From an uncultured delta proteobacterium (GTDB taxonomy: Bacteria > Myxococcota_A > Polyangia > Palsa-1104): a stretch of 64,000 bases of DNA. How positions within the stretch are numbered: position 1 is the first letter of the stretch; each line of letters starts with the position of its first letter. A program made the translations under genes and the position numbers. The stretch is taken from assembly GCA_963785725.1 (NCBI GenBank), contig CAWAWS010000006.1, forward strand, positions 320,001-384,000, read 5' to 3'. This document shows positions 9,196 through 22,404 of the stretch, piece by piece. The notes under the pieces were generated by a model, which did not search any database, was not told where the DNA came from, and saw only the letters and a list, made by a program, of their open reading frames with translations.

Positions 9196-11354
9196 CTACA
9201 GCGACGCCACTTCGATGACGACGCGGGCCTCGAACGGCTTGCCTTCGCTCAGCGTCACATCGCGCCAAACCGGGCACGATCAGCGACGCCTGGTAGGTGC
9301 GCTCGAAGCCGCCTTCGGACTGCGACGCCGTCTCGAGCGGGAAGCGCCAGATGACGTTGGCCGTCGGCGCGGCGACGCGCGTGACGAAGCGGTCCCACTC
9401 GTTGACCAGCTCGACCGGCGCCGTCGCCGCCGACTCGCCGACGGCGACGAGCTTGCGTTCGGCCGCGCCCAAGTCCTGGCCGGCGATGCGGTAGTAGCGA
9501 TCGGGCGCGTCGCCGGCGAGCAGCGTCAACGCCGACTCGCAGCCGAAGCCGAACGACAAGGGGCCGCCGTTGACGCTGATGCGGTAGTCGCAGCCGAGCT
9601 TGTTGCCGTCGAGCCAGATGGTCTTGTCGACCGTGACCTCGCGGCCGCCGACGAGCCCTTTGCGGCGCAAGAGCACGCGCGGCTTGGGCGCGCCGCCTTT
9701 GTCGAGGATGTCGTAAGGCGCGCCGGCGAAGTCGCCCAGCTCTTCGTAACGGCCGGACGCCAAGTCGTTCAGCGTCGTCGCCGGCGGGAGGAAGTGCTCG
9801 ACGAAGCCGAGCCGCGGATGGCGATCGTAGCGCAACAGCTCCTCGAGGCCCGCCGACTTCACCGTGTTCAAGTCGTGAATCGAGACCGGCCCGTCGCCGT
9901 GACCGGCCTGCTTGCGCGACGCTTCGAGCAGCTTGCCGTGATAGCCCTCGGGCCGCCGTCCGAGCACGTTGAGCAGGTTGAAGCGCTTCGGCCGATAGTC
10001 GAGCTCGAACACGCCGCCGCCCAAGTCGGGCTTCACGTAGGCCGCGAGCTCGCTGTTCTGCAAGATGATCTCGGGCTGCAAGTCGGCGTCGATGTCGGCC
10101 TCGATGATCGACGGCGCCGCTTCGCTGCCCGAAAGCACGCGCGTCGGCCGGCGATCTCGGTCTCGATGAGGTGGCGATAGACCGCGTCGCGCAAGTAGTT
10201 CAAGTAGAGCCCGCCGAAGAGGCCGTGCCAGTAGCCGCAGTTGCACTGCGCGCGATAGAGGTCGCGGCGCGCGTGCACGAGCGTCGCCGCGCCCGCCGGT
10301 CCGAGCTGCTGCTCGGCGCGATCGAGCTTGTCCGACACCCACACCATCTTCTTGTGCAGGTAAGTTGGCCTCGGGATATTTGGCCAAGAAGTTCTGCCAG
10401 ATGCCGCCGCGGAAGAACGGCGCGCGCGCCTTCCAGCTCACCGCGCGACTGCAGCTGCTGGCGCACTTGGTTGTAGTGAATCTGCGCGTCGGCGGGCAGG
10501 CTCCATTCGCCCATCTCCTCGTACGACGCCGTCGGCAAATAGACGCGCCCCGTCGGCCGATGCGTCTTCAGGTACTGCCCGAAATGTTCCGTCTTGAACG
10601 ATCCTTGCTGCTGGCGCTCGACCAAGGTGCGCAAGAAGTCGCGCAGCCAGCCTTGATCCCACACCCACTCTTTGGTGTGCGGCCAGACGCCGAACTTCTC
10701 GCCGTCGTCGCCGTAGGTGACCGCGCTGTCGCCGGGCGTCTCGCGGCGCAGCTGCTCGATGGCGTCGATCGATTCCCACGCCTTCAAGAACGGGATCGCC
10801 TGCCGCAGCTTTTGATCGATCGGGAACAGCGCCAGCGGCGTGCCCGCCTTTTCGGTGACGTAGTAGCCGCGCAAGGTGCCTTCGACGCCGGCGGCGCGAA
10901 AGTGGCCGTCGTCGACGAGCGTGAACTTGCAGCCGGCGTCGGCGATGAGCTTGGCCAGCGCCGGCTCCCACACGCGCTCGGCCAGCCACATGCCCTCGGG
11001 CCGCACGCCGAAGTGCTTCTCCAAGTAGTCGGCCATCATGTGGATCTGGCCGCGCGCGTCGCGCTCCGGCAGCACCGCCAGCATCGGCTCGTAGAAGCCG
11101 CCGCCGAGCAGCTCCACCTGTCCGCGCGTCACCAGCGCGCGCAGCTTGTCGAAATACTCCGGCCGCTCGCGCTCGATCCACTCGAACAGCGGGCCGGTGT
11201 GGTGCAGCGCCACCTTGATCGACGGGAACTCGGCCAGCGCGTCGACGAGCGGCCGATAGCAATCGTCGTAGGCCTGCTGGAACACGTGCCCGAAGTTGCC
11301 GTCGGGCTGATGGTTATGGATGGCGAGGAGCAGGGTGAGCTGGCCCATGGGCAT
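9196..11354 (-). CDS. GH57 alpha-amylase / 4-alpha-glucanotransferase (apparent frameshifts near 10430, 10360, 10150, 9275)
   Basis: HNHQP, LLGGGFYEPML, GMWLAERVWEP, YGDDGEKFGVWP, YLPTASYEEM, AQCNCGYWHGLFGGLY, ETASQSEGGFERTYQ. Confidence 0.88.
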
Positions 11355-11525
11355 GCAAATCTATGCACCCGCCGGGCACACGTCAAAGCCGCCCGTGCCG
11401 ATTCTGCGCAAATGTGGCGGTGTCCTCGTCGGCGCGTGACGATCGCGCGTCCTCGCGTCAGGCGATGGCCCGATGCCGTGACGTCGTGGCGGTCGATTTA
11501 GGACGGAATCGTGCGAAACGCGGCG

Positions 11526-11729
11526 TTAGTCGCTGGATCCGCTGCCGGGCGGCTTCGAGTACAGATCTTTGTACCAACCGCCGCCTTTGAGCACGAACCG
11601 CGACGGCGAAATCACGCGCTCGAGCGCGCCGCCGCACGACTCGCACAGCGTCTTCTTGGGATCGTTCATGCCTTGCGTGTACTCGAAGCGCTTGTGGCAC
11701 TTCTCGCATTCGTATTCGTAAATCGGCAT
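11526..11729 (-). CDS. FmdB-family zinc ribbon protein
   Basis: MPIYEYECEKC...CESCGG...FVLKGGGWYKDLY. Confidence 0.9.
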   Translation of the reverse strand: MPIYEYECEKCHKRFEYTQGMNDPKKTLCESCGGALERVISPSRFVLKGGGWYKDLYSKPPGSGSSD

Positions 11730-11733
11730 CGTT

Positions 11734-12432
11734 CTACCTAACGGCTGATGGGCGTGACAGCGTGCGAATCACGGCTGCCTGCAGATCATGATAAGACGGC
11801 GGCGTCGCCAGCGCTTCCTCGGCGCCCGCATGTTTTCCCGCCTGTCGAATTCCCGCGTCGCCGGCGAGGAGAATCACCGGCGTCGATTGCTGCTCGCGCG
11901 TGGCGTGCGCCTTGGCCGCGCGGATGCAGCGCAGCCCCATCTCCGGCTTGACGTCCAAGTCGACGACGACGAGGTCCGGCACCTGCTCGAGCGCCACTTC
12001 GGCGACGGAGGCGTTGGTGGCCTCGACGATCTCGCAGGCGATGATGCTGCGGATATAGCGGCCGATGAGCGCCAAACGATCCTGCGACGCGGCCACGACG
12101 AGCACGGTGACGCCGACGAAGTTGCGCACCATCTCGTCGATGACGTCGCCGTAATGCGCGTCGAGCGTGTCGAACTGCACGCCCATGCCGTCGGGCAGGC
12201 CGTCGATGTTGCCGCTGCGCACCCAGGCGACGACGCCGACGACCTCGAGCTCGCCGGCGCCCGGCACCGCGAAGCGCAAGGTCACGTGCTCGCCCGCCGC
12301 CAGCGGATCGGTCGTCTCGATGAAGATGCCGCCCTTCGACAAGTTGATCGAATACGACACGAGGAACGCGCCCGCCGTGCGATAGGCGACCTCGAGCGAA
12401 ATCGGGAGGCGTGGTTGGCGGCGATCCGACAT
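11734..12432 (-). CDS. PilZ domain fused to a degenerate receiver-like domain
   Basis: RRQPR and NLSKGG PilZ motifs, DGMGVQF; C-terminal PDLVVVDLD...TPVILL receiver-like fold lacking the acidic pair and the conserved Lys. Confidence 0.78.
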   Translation of the reverse strand: MSDRRQPRLPISLEVAYRTAGAFLVSYSINLSKGGIFIETTDPLAAGEHVTLRFAVPGAGELEVVGVVAWVRSGNIDGLPDGMGVQFDTLDAHYGDVIDEMVRNFVGVTVLVVAASQDRLALIGRYIRSIIACEIVEATNASVAEVALEQVPDLVVVDLDVKPEMGLRCIRAAKAHATREQQSTPVILLAGDAGIRQAGKHAGAEEALATPPSYHDLQAAVIRTLSRPSAVR

Positions 12433-12435
12433 GTG

Positions 12436-13341
12436 CTACTGCCCGAGCAGCTTCTCGAGGAGCGAATCGAGCTGATCGAGCGAGTGATAGTCCAGCTCGA
12501 TGCGCCCGACCGTCGACGACTTTTGCACCAGGCGAACCTTCGTGCCGAAGGCGCGCTCGAGCTTCTGCTCGAGATCGCGCGTCGAGGCCGTCGACGGCGG
12601 CGTCGCGCCGGCCGGCTTGGCCTTGCCGCCGCCGGCGTCGCCGCGCTCACGCCGTACGAATTCCTCGGTCTGGCGCACGCTGAGCTGCTTTTGCACCACG
12701 CGCGCCGCCGCCCGCTCGATCGCCGGCTCGGCTTCCAAGCCCAAGAGAGCGCGCGCATGGCCCATCTGCAGCTCGCCGCCGGCGACGAGGTTGCGCACCT
12801 TCTGCGGCAGCTTCAAGAGGCGCAGCGCGTTGGCCACCGTCGCGCGATCTTTGCCGACGCGCGTCGCCAGCGCCTCTTGCGTGTAGCCGAACTCCGCCGA
12901 CAGCCGCTGATAGGCCTCGGCCTCTTCGATCGGATTCAGGTCCTCGCGCTGCAGGTTCTCGACGAGCGTCAGCTCGTACGCTTCCCGCTGCTGCACCTCT
13001 TTGACGACGACCTGGATGCTCTTGAGGCCCGCCCGCTGCGCCGCGCGCCAGCGCCGCTCGCCGGCGATGAGCCAGAACCCGCCGCCTTCTTGCGCCGACC
13101 GCTGCCTGACGACCAGCGGCTGCACGAGCCCTTGATGACGAATCGACTCCGCCAGCTCGTTGAGCTTGCCGTCGTCGAAGCGCTGCCGCGGATTGTCCGT
13201 CGAGGGATGGACGTCTTCGATGGCGCACTCGAAGTAGTCGCGCCGAATCGGCGTCGCCGAGGCGGCCGCGCTGGCCACGCCCGGAATCAACGCGCCCAGG
13301 CCTCGGCCGAGCGCCGGCCGCTTGTTGTTCGTCGTCGTCAA
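12436..13341 (-). CDS. parB: Chromosome partitioning protein ParB/Spo0J
   Basis: LGRGLGALI, NPRQRF, LIAGERRWRAAQ, ENLQREDLNPIEEA, HTH GKDRATVANALRLL. Confidence 0.95.
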   Translation of the reverse strand: MTTTNNKRPALGRGLGALIPGVASAAASATPIRRDYFECAIEDVHPSTDNPRQRFDDGKLNELAESIRHQGLVQPLVVRQRSAQEGGGFWLIAGERRWRAAQRAGLKSIQVVVKEVQQREAYELTLVENLQREDLNPIEEAEAYQRLSAEFGYTQEALATRVGKDRATVANALRLLKLPQKVRNLVAGGELQMGHARALLGLEAEPAIERAAARVVQKQLSVRQTEEFVRRERGDAGGGKAKPAGATPPSTASTRDLEQKLERAFGTKVRLVQKSSTVGRIELDYHSLDQLDSLLEKLLGQ

Positions 13342-13351
13342 TCTGCCCCTT

Positions 13352-14143
13352 TTACGCGGCCTGCCGCTCGCGATGCAGGAACTCCTTGGCCAGCGCCAGA
13401 TAGCTCAGGCAGCCCGAGGAGCGCGAATCGTAGAGCAGGATAGGCTTACCGTGCGACGGCGCTTCCGACAGCCGCACATTGCGCGGAATGATCGTGTCGT
13501 ACACTTTACCGACGTAATGGCTGCGCACTTCGTCCGCCACCTGCTGCGTCAGGTTCATGCGCGGATCGACCATCGTCAGCAAGATGCCTTCGATCTCGAG
13601 GTCGGGATTGAGCGCCGCCTTGACCTGCGCGATCGTCTCCGTCAGCGCCGACAAACCCTCGAGCGCGTAATACTCGCACTGCATCGGAATCACGACCGCC
13701 GTCGCTGCCACGAGCGCGTTGAGCGTCAGCAAACCGAGCGACGGCGGGCAGTCGATGAGGATGTAGTCGTACTGCATCGCGATCGGCGATAACGCATCGC
13801 GCAGCCGCCATTCGCGCCGCTTGACGTTGACCAGCTCGACCTCGGCGCCGGCCAAGTCGCGCGTCGCCGGCACCAGCCACAAGTTCGGCACTTCGGTCAG
13901 CTGCGTCAGCTCGCGCAGCGGCCGCGGCGCCATGTTGGTCTCGCCCGGCGCCAACCCCTCGTAGATGCCTTCGTTCAGCGTCCCTTTGGGGAAGCCGAGG
14001 CCGGACGTGGCGTTCGCTTGTGGGTCCATGTCGACCACGAGGACGCGGTGGCCGGCGGCGGCAATCGAAGCGGCCAGGTTGACCGTCGTCGTCGTCTTGC
14101 CGACGCCGCCCTTCTGGTTCGCGATGGCCAGAATCCGCTTCAT
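13352..14143 (-). CDS. parA: Chromosome partitioning ATPase ParA/Soj
   Basis: MKRILAIANQKGGVGKTTT, DMDPQANATSGLG, IDCPPSLG, IPRNVRLSEAPSHG. Confidence 0.95.
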   Translation of the reverse strand: MKRILAIANQKGGVGKTTTTVNLAASIAAAGHRVLVVDMDPQANATSGLGFPKGTLNEGIYEGLAPGETNMAPRPLRELTQLTEVPNLWLVPATRDLAGAEVELVNVKRREWRLRDALSPIAMQYDYILIDCPPSLGLLTLNALVAATAVVIPMQCEYYALEGLSALTETIAQVKAALNPDLEIEGILLTMVDPRMNLTQQVADEVRSHYVGKVYDTIIPRNVRLSEAPSHGKPILLYDSRSSGCLSYLALAKEFLHRERQAA

Positions 14144-14279
14144 TCCGTCGGAGTTTCTATCACGAGAGGCCCTCCCGCCGCTCCTTTTCGGCAGAAAAAA
14201 TTTGCGCAGTATTTCGCCAGCCTGTAGTGGTTTGATGTAGGACAACGACGTACACGACGCCGCACACGAGGAGACGCGA

Positions 14280-14465
14280 ATGAGGGGAAATGCCGCTCCG
14301 AAGGTCTACCGGTCGTTCGAAGAGTTCGAGCGCGACGAGCTGCGCAAGCTGGACGGCATTCACATCAGCATCGACGACATGCTCGATGACATGTTCGCCG
14401 CCGACTTCGCCAACGCCAAGAGCGAGCAGCCGGCGAGCGACTCGCCGAGCAGCCGCGAAGAATAG
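14280..14465 (+). CDS. Small acidic hypothetical protein (61 aa)
   Basis: GAGGAG ribosome-binding site upstream of ATG; coding-like GC3 bias; YRSFEEFERDELRKLD...IDDMLDDMF. Confidence 0.7.
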   Translation: MRGNAAPKVYRSFEEFERDELRKLDGIHISIDDMLDDMFAADFANAKSEQPASDSPSSREE

Positions 14466-14666
14466 ACCGCGTCCGCCTTCGTCCATCGCGCCTCGCGATT
14501 CGTAATCTTCCTCGTGCTCACCGAAAAATTTTGGCGCGGCGATCATTTCTCGCGCACGAATTCACGACGCGGTCGTCACCGTCGACGTTCTGCACGCTCG
14601 TGCGCGGGCCGTGCGGGCTTGAGGATTGCCGTCGACGATTCGCTGGTTCATACTAGTGACAAGGCG

Positions 14667-14695
14667 TTGACACCTTCGACACTGCATCATACGTT
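14667..14695 (+). promoter_or_regulatory. Sigma70-type promoter upstream of lon
   Basis: TTGACA-N17-TACGTT, 42 nt upstream of lon ATG. Confidence 0.65.
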
Positions 14696-14737
14696 CGTGA
14701 TTCTGACCCAGCCGCACAAACCAAGGAGAGGGACCCG

Positions 14738-17185
<2,448 letters not shown>

Positions 17186-17210
17186 CAACCAAGCGCACTC
17201 TCGCACCTCG

Positions 17211-17248
17211 AGCGGCCGCCGGAGAAATCCCGGCGGCCGCTTTTTTTT
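17211..17248 (+). terminator. Rho-independent terminator after lon
   Basis: Stem AGCGGCCGCCGG/CCGGCGGCCGCT followed by a T8 run. Confidence 0.85.
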
Positions 17249-17263
17249 AGCGCCTCTCGTTAC

Positions 17264-17292
17264 TTGACGCCTACGGACCCCATGATTAGGTT
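17264..17292 (+). promoter_or_regulatory. Promoter upstream of dnaK
   Basis: TTGACG-N17-TAGGTT just after the lon terminator; the spacer contains CCCCAT. Confidence 0.55.
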
Positions 17293-17346
17293 TGCCGACG
17301 TCGAAGGAAGCTGAGGCAAAGGCTCCTTCCTGGAGGCCACTGCACA

Positions 17347-19275
<1,929 letters not shown>

Positions 19276-19304
19276 CTCGCAGTCAGACTAAGCGTTAGAA
19301 AATG

Positions 19305-19344
19305 AAGCGCCCGGCGATTTCGATCGTCGGGCGCTTTTGTTTTT
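19305..19344. terminator. Terminator between convergent dnaK and TerB-like gene (possibly bidirectional)
   Basis: AAGCGCCCGGCGAT-TTCG-ATCGTCGGGCGCTT with a T-rich 3' side and an A-rich 5' side. Confidence 0.85.
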
Positions 19345-19717
19345 AGCGGCGGCTGACGAAGGCGGCGCGGCCGGCCTCGACGATCGTCGCGAGCTCGTCG
19401 GCGCCGACGCCGAACTCGGTGGCGATGCTGCCGATGATGCGGCGCTCGGAGTCGTCGTACTCGCCGTCGCACAGCGCCATCGCCACGCACAGTCGCAAGA
19501 CCTCGAGGCGCATGTCGACGCCGCGGATGGCGCGGGCCAGCCGCGCCGGATCGAGCGGCTCCGAGATGAACGACAGCCCGCCGACCGAGTGGCGCATGGC
19601 GAACTCGTCGAGGAACGACGCTTCGCGCGCGAGAATGGCTCCGTCGGCGGCGGCGACCGCGGCCAAGGCGCGCGCGATCTCCTGCGCCGCGTCGGGAGCG
19701 AACGAAATGGCGCCCAT
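19343..19717 (-). CDS. TerB-like domain protein
   Basis: ALAAVAAADGAILAREASFL and AMALCDGEYDDSERRIIGSIATEFGV, i.e. two xxDGxxxxxE repeats. Confidence 0.75.
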   Translation of the reverse strand: MGAISFAPDAAQEIARALAAVAAADGAILAREASFLDEFAMRHSVGGLSFISEPLDPARLARAIRGVDMRLEVLRLCVAMALCDGEYDDSERRIIGSIATEFGVGADELATIVEAGRAAFVSRR

Positions 19718-19741
19718 GGGCGGCGATGATACACTACGCGC

Positions 19742-20611
19742 GTGAGATTGTTGTTGGCCTGCGCCTGCTTCCTCGCGGGCTGCTACGGGCCCGGCTTCTT
19801 CACCGACGGCAGCAGCGTGTCCGTCGGCAGCTTCAACCACGGCGCCTTGCGACGCGGCGCGCGCCTGCCCTCGAGCGGCGAGGGCTATGTCGTGCCCAGC
19901 TTGTGGCGCGAGCGGCAGACGAACTACGCCACCGACGAGCTCGTGGCCGCCATCGAGCACGCGGCGCAGCGCGTCCATCGCGAATATCCGGGCTCGCTCT
20001 TGAGCATCGGCGACATGTCGCGCAAAGGCGGCGGCGACAGCGTGTTACACCGGTCGCACGAGAACGGCCGCGACGCCGACCTCATCTACTACGCCGTCGA
20101 CGCGCAGGGCCGGCCGGCGCCGCCTGCCGATTCGATGCCGCGCTATCCCTATTGGGACGGCCGCGCGCGCACGCCGGAGCCGCAGGAGCATGGCGTCGTG
20201 TACGGGCCGTTTTCGCCGCGCTGGTTCGACGTGCCGCGCAATTGGGCGTTGGTGCGCGCGCTGCTCGAGGAGCCGGGCATCGAGCTGCAGTATCTGTTCA
20301 TCCACGCGCGGCTGCGCGAGAAGCTGCTCGCGTACGCGGCGGCGCGTGGCGAAGATCCGGCGCTGCTCGAGCGCGCCGAGGTCATCCTGCATCAGCCGGG
20401 CGACTCGGCGCCGCACGACGATCACCTGCACGTCCGCATCTTCTGCGCCGAGGACGACCGCGCGTTCGGCTGCAGCGACAAGGGGCCGGTGCGCTGGTGG
20501 AAGAAGCGCTACAAGTACATGACGCCGGCGGCGCCGCGCGTGCCCATCGACGAGCTGGCCGGCGCGCTGTCACAGCTGATCAGCCTGTTGCCGAAGGGCC
20601 TGAACCTCTAG
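19742..20611 (+). CDS. Penicillin-insensitive murein endopeptidase (MepA-like) lipoprotein
   Basis: Lipobox FLAGC; IGDMSRKGGG, HRSHENGRDAD, HDDHLHVR zinc-ligand motifs. Confidence 0.85.
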   Translation: MRLLLACACFLAGCYGPGFFTDGSSVSVGSFNHGALRRGARLPSSGEGYVVPSLWRERQTNYATDELVAAIEHAAQRVHREYPGSLLSIGDMSRKGGGDSVLHRSHENGRDADLIYYAVDAQGRPAPPADSMPRYPYWDGRARTPEPQEHGVVYGPFSPRWFDVPRNWALVRALLEEPGIELQYLFIHARLREKLLAYAAARGEDPALLERAEVILHQPGDSAPHDDHLHVRIFCAEDDRAFGCSDKGPVRWWKKRYKYMTPAAPRVPIDELAGALSQLISLLPKGLNL

Positions 20612-20645
20612 CTCGTCGCCGTAACAGCTCCGTCGGCGGCGCGGA

Positions 20646-21569
20646 TCAGCCGTTCGCCGTCAGCTCGGCCAGCTTCTCGCGCGCGCGCTCGATGTCGCCT
20701 TCGTACTTCAGCACCAGATTGAGCGTGTCTTCCACCGTCTGCGCATCGAGCGTCGGCGCGTTCAAGAGCGTGAGCGCGCGCGTCCAGTCGAGCGTCTCCG
20801 ACACCGACGGCCGCTTCTTCAGATCCAGCTCGCGCAGCCGCTGCACGACGCGCACCACCGCCTCGGCCAACGCCGGCGCCGCGTCCGGCTGGCGCGCCTG
20901 CACGATCGCCCGCTCGCGCACGGCGTCGGGATAGCCGATGAACAGATGCAGACAGCGCCGCTTGAGCGCGTCGGTCAGCTCGCGCGCGTTGTTCGACGTG
21001 AGGATGACGAGCGGCCGCGCCGCCGCGCGCAGCGTGCCCAGCTCCGGCACCGAGACCTGGAAGTCGGACAGCACCTCGAGCAGAAAGGCCTCGAACTCGG
21101 CGTCGCTGCGATCGACCTCGTCGATCAAGAGCACGACGCGTTTGGGCGCGCGAATCGCCCGCAGCAGCGGCCGTTGCAAGAGAAAGCGCTCGCTGAAGAA
21201 GGCGTCCTCTTGCGCCGCCAGCTTGTCGACGGCCTCGGCCAGCGTGCCGGCGCCGGCGGTCACTTCGCCGATCTTGTCGCGCAGGATCTGCGTGTAGAGC
21301 AGCTGCTTCGGATATTCCCACTCGTACAAGGCCTTGGCCTCGTCGAGGCCTTCGTAACACTGCAGGCGGATGAGCTCGGTATCGAGCACCGTCGCCAGCG
21401 TCTTGGCCAGCTCGGTCTTGCCCACGCCCGCCGGCCCTTCGACGAGGATCGGCTTCTCCATCTTCTCCGCCAAGTAGACGGCGGTGGCGATCCTGCGGTC
21501 GCTCACGTACGACTGCCCGGCCAAGCGCGCGCTGACGTCGTCGATGCTGTCGAAGCTGTCGGAGCCCAT
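20646..21569 (-). CDS. MoxR-family AAA+ ATPase (CoxD-like)
   Basis: LVEGPAGVGKTELAK, LIRLQCYEGLD, LLIDEVD, LTSNNARELTDALKRRC. Confidence 0.9.
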   Translation of the reverse strand: MGSDSFDSIDDVSARLAGQSYVSDRRIATAVYLAEKMEKPILVEGPAGVGKTELAKTLATVLDTELIRLQCYEGLDEAKALYEWEYPKQLLYTQILRDKIGEVTAGAGTLAEAVDKLAAQEDAFFSERFLLQRPLLRAIRAPKRVVLLIDEVDRSDAEFEAFLLEVLSDFQVSVPELGTLRAAARPLVILTSNNARELTDALKRRCLHLFIGYPDAVRERAIVQARQPDAAPALAEAVVRVVQRLRELDLKKRPSVSETLDWTRALTLLNAPTLDAQTVEDTLNLVLKYEGDIERAREKLAELTANG

Positions 21570-21590
21570 TTCGCAGTCAGCCTAGCATGC

Positions 21591-22094
21591 TCAGCGGGCT
21601 TGCACCGCCGGCGCGTCGCCGAGCACGAGTGACGTCGCGGCGTCGTCGAAGTCGCGCTTGAGCTGCGAGCCTTTGAGCATCGGGCCGGCGACCGTGACGA
21701 CGAAGCCGGTGCCTTCGGTGACGGCGTAGAGCTGGCGGACGATCTCGCGGCCGCCGCCGATCTCGGCCTCGAGCCGCATGCGCGTCGCGTCCCCTTTGTC
21801 GACGCCGACGACGACGTTGCGGAAGCCTTGGCGCACGAGCGCGGCGCGGCTCTCCTCGACGAGCGCGCGGGCGGTCGTGCCGACGGCCACTTTTTGGCTG
21901 ACGAGCGTCATGCGGCCGCCGTCGCGATCTTCGTAGGCGGCCAGGAGGCGCGGGTAGTTGCCGGCGCCGAGCGCCTCCCAGCCGACGGGGGCTTCGAAGC
22001 GGACCTTGAGGGCGTCGTTGCGATAGGCGCGGCCGCCGGCCGCCGACGCGACGGCGCCGACGAGCAGGAGCATGAGCGCGAGGCAAAACCGCAT
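21591..22094 (-). CDS. Exported hypothetical protein
   Basis: Signal peptide MRFCLALMLLLVGAVASA followed by an alpha/beta domain (RFEAPVGW...RQLYAV...GFVVT). Confidence 0.6.
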   Translation of the reverse strand: MRFCLALMLLLVGAVASAAGGRAYRNDALKVRFEAPVGWEALGAGNYPRLLAAYEDRDGGRMTLVSQKVAVGTTARALVEESRAALVRQGFRNVVVGVDKGDATRMRLEAEIGGGREIVRQLYAVTEGTGFVVTVAGPMLKGSQLKRDFDDAATSLVLGDAPAVQAR

Positions 22095-22368
22095 GGCCAA
22101 TCTTACCGCGAATTCGCCGACCGCCGCGCCAAGACGAACCGGTCGCGCCGATCGCGACCGCGATTGTCGCGACGAGCGCGAGCGCGAGCGCGACGGCGCC
22201 GGCGCGGCGACGGTTACCGTCGCTGAGCGGGCCGCGCGCCGCGGCTTTTGCGCCGTGCGGACGCGCTCGTCTCGTCGTCGCCGCGCCGCGCTCGCCGCGC
22301 GCATCGTCGCCATCGCATAGCGCCACACTTGTTCAGTATCAAGGCACGCGTACAGCGCACCATTTCGC

Positions 22369-22399
22369 TTGAGTGTATTCTTCAGAATGGAATACATTC
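22369..22399 (+). promoter_or_regulatory. Promoter with overlapping dyad (candidate operator)
   Basis: TTGAGT-N18-TACATT; inverted repeat GAGTGTATTC-N9-GAATACATTC (9/10) lies across it; AT-rich island in GC-rich DNA. Confidence 0.65.
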
Positions 22400-22404
22400 G
22401 ATGC

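Noticed and set aside
17192..17218. CIRCE-like GCACTC-N9-GAG upstream of dnaK
   Set aside because: Only about 10 of 18 positions match, the right arm is part of the lon terminator stem, and it lies upstream of the predicted promoter.
17263..17283. Sigma32-type promoter (CTTGAC...CCCCAT) for dnaK
   Set aside because: Spacing of about 9 nt is too short for the canonical arrangement; a sigma70-type fit with a 17-nt spacer is better.
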